Origin: an uncultured Candidatus Rokubacteria bacterium
GTDB taxonomy: Bacteria > Methylomirabilota > Methylomirabilia > Rokubacteriales > CSP1-6
Reading direction: 5' to 3'
DNA: 64,000 bases
Assembly: GCA_963762145.1 (NCBI GenBank)
Contig: CAVXJS010000022.1
Location: 96,001 to 160,000 of the forward strand
Position 1 is the stretch's first letter. Every line of letters starts with the position of its first letter. The position numbers and the translations under genes were made by a program. Shown one piece after another: positions 63,454 through 64,000 of this stretch. The notes under the pieces were generated by a model that ran no database searches, had not been told where the DNA came from, and was given only the letters and a program-made list of their open reading frames with translations.

Positions 63454-64000
63454 CTAGGCGGCCTTGATGCCCCGCGACGCCATGAACTCGGTCTTCGCCG
63501 AGTTGATCGCCGTGGTCAGCGCCGCGCGCAGGTCGTCGCTCAGCTCCTTCTTGTTCGCGACGTCCCCCAGCACCTGCGCGTGCTTGCGCTCGAGGAACTC
63601 GAAGAGGAAGGTCTCGAACTCGCCGATCTGATCCACCGGCATGTCGTCGAGCAGGCCCTGGGTGCCCGCGAAGATGATCGCGATCTGCCGCTCGACCGCC
63701 TGCGGCGAATACTGGCCCTGCTTCAGCAGCTCGACCATCCGCTGGCCCCGCGCGAGCTGGAGCTGGGTGGCGCGGTCGAGGTCGGAGCCGAACTGGGCGA
63801 AGGCGGCCAGCTCCCGATACTGGGCGAGGTCGAGGCGCAGCTTGCCCGCGATCTGCCGCATCGCCTTGATCTGCGCGGAGCCGCCGACGCGGGAGACCGA
63901 GATGCCCACGTTGACCGCAGGCCGGATGCCCGCATAGAAGAGATCGGACTCGAGGAAGATCTGCCCGTCCGTGATCGAGATGACGTTGGTGGGGATGTAG
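63454..64000 (-). CDS. atpA: ATP synthase alpha subunit (3' part)
   Basis: [42 protein letters not shown]. Confidence 0.98.
   Translation of the reverse strand, partial: YIPTNVISITDGQIFLESDLFYAGIRPAVNVGISVSRVGGSAQIKAMRQIAGKLRLDLAQYRELAAFAQFGSDLDRATQLQLARGQRMVELLKQGQYSPQAVERQIAIIFAGTQGLLDDMPVDQIGEFETFLFEFLERKHAQVLGDVANKKELSDDLRAALTTAINSAKTEFMASRGIKAA

Overview
High-GC bacterial chromosome window. Candidatus Rokubacteria/Methylomirabilota is a guess from the many orphan PF04392-type substrate-binding paralogs and the GC content. Core genes flank the window: rfbC/rfbA and moeZ on the left; rdgB-rph-amidase, a CoxL-like gene, ssrA-smpB, tRNA-Leu, ubiX, a two-component/HD-GYP cluster and atpA-G-D-C on the right. 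The centre is a ~29.8 kb integrative element (4235-33986) in tRNA-Arg(UCU). It duplicates the 5' half of the tRNA rather than the usual 3' half, so the intact tRNA sits 9 bp behind the integrase stop while a promoter-like motif stays with the distant half-gene. The element carries a tyrosine integrase, an HTH/excisionase, a Prim-Pol plus DUF927-type replicase, a duplicated ori-like module (inverted 9-mer iterons around a 72-nt pure-purine tract), IS3 and IS481 copies, and mosaic decaying cargo. The same tRNA has a 1-kb islet on its 3' side, and tRNA-Pro(UGG) has a decayed 4-kb islet. moeZ has an in-frame TGA at the conserved crossover-loop Cys followed by a SECIS-like hairpin, so it is probably a selenoprotein. 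Caveat: housekeeping genes such as rph and rdgB show many indels, so some frameshifts are probably sequencing or assembly errors. All product calls come from motif recognition, not database searches.
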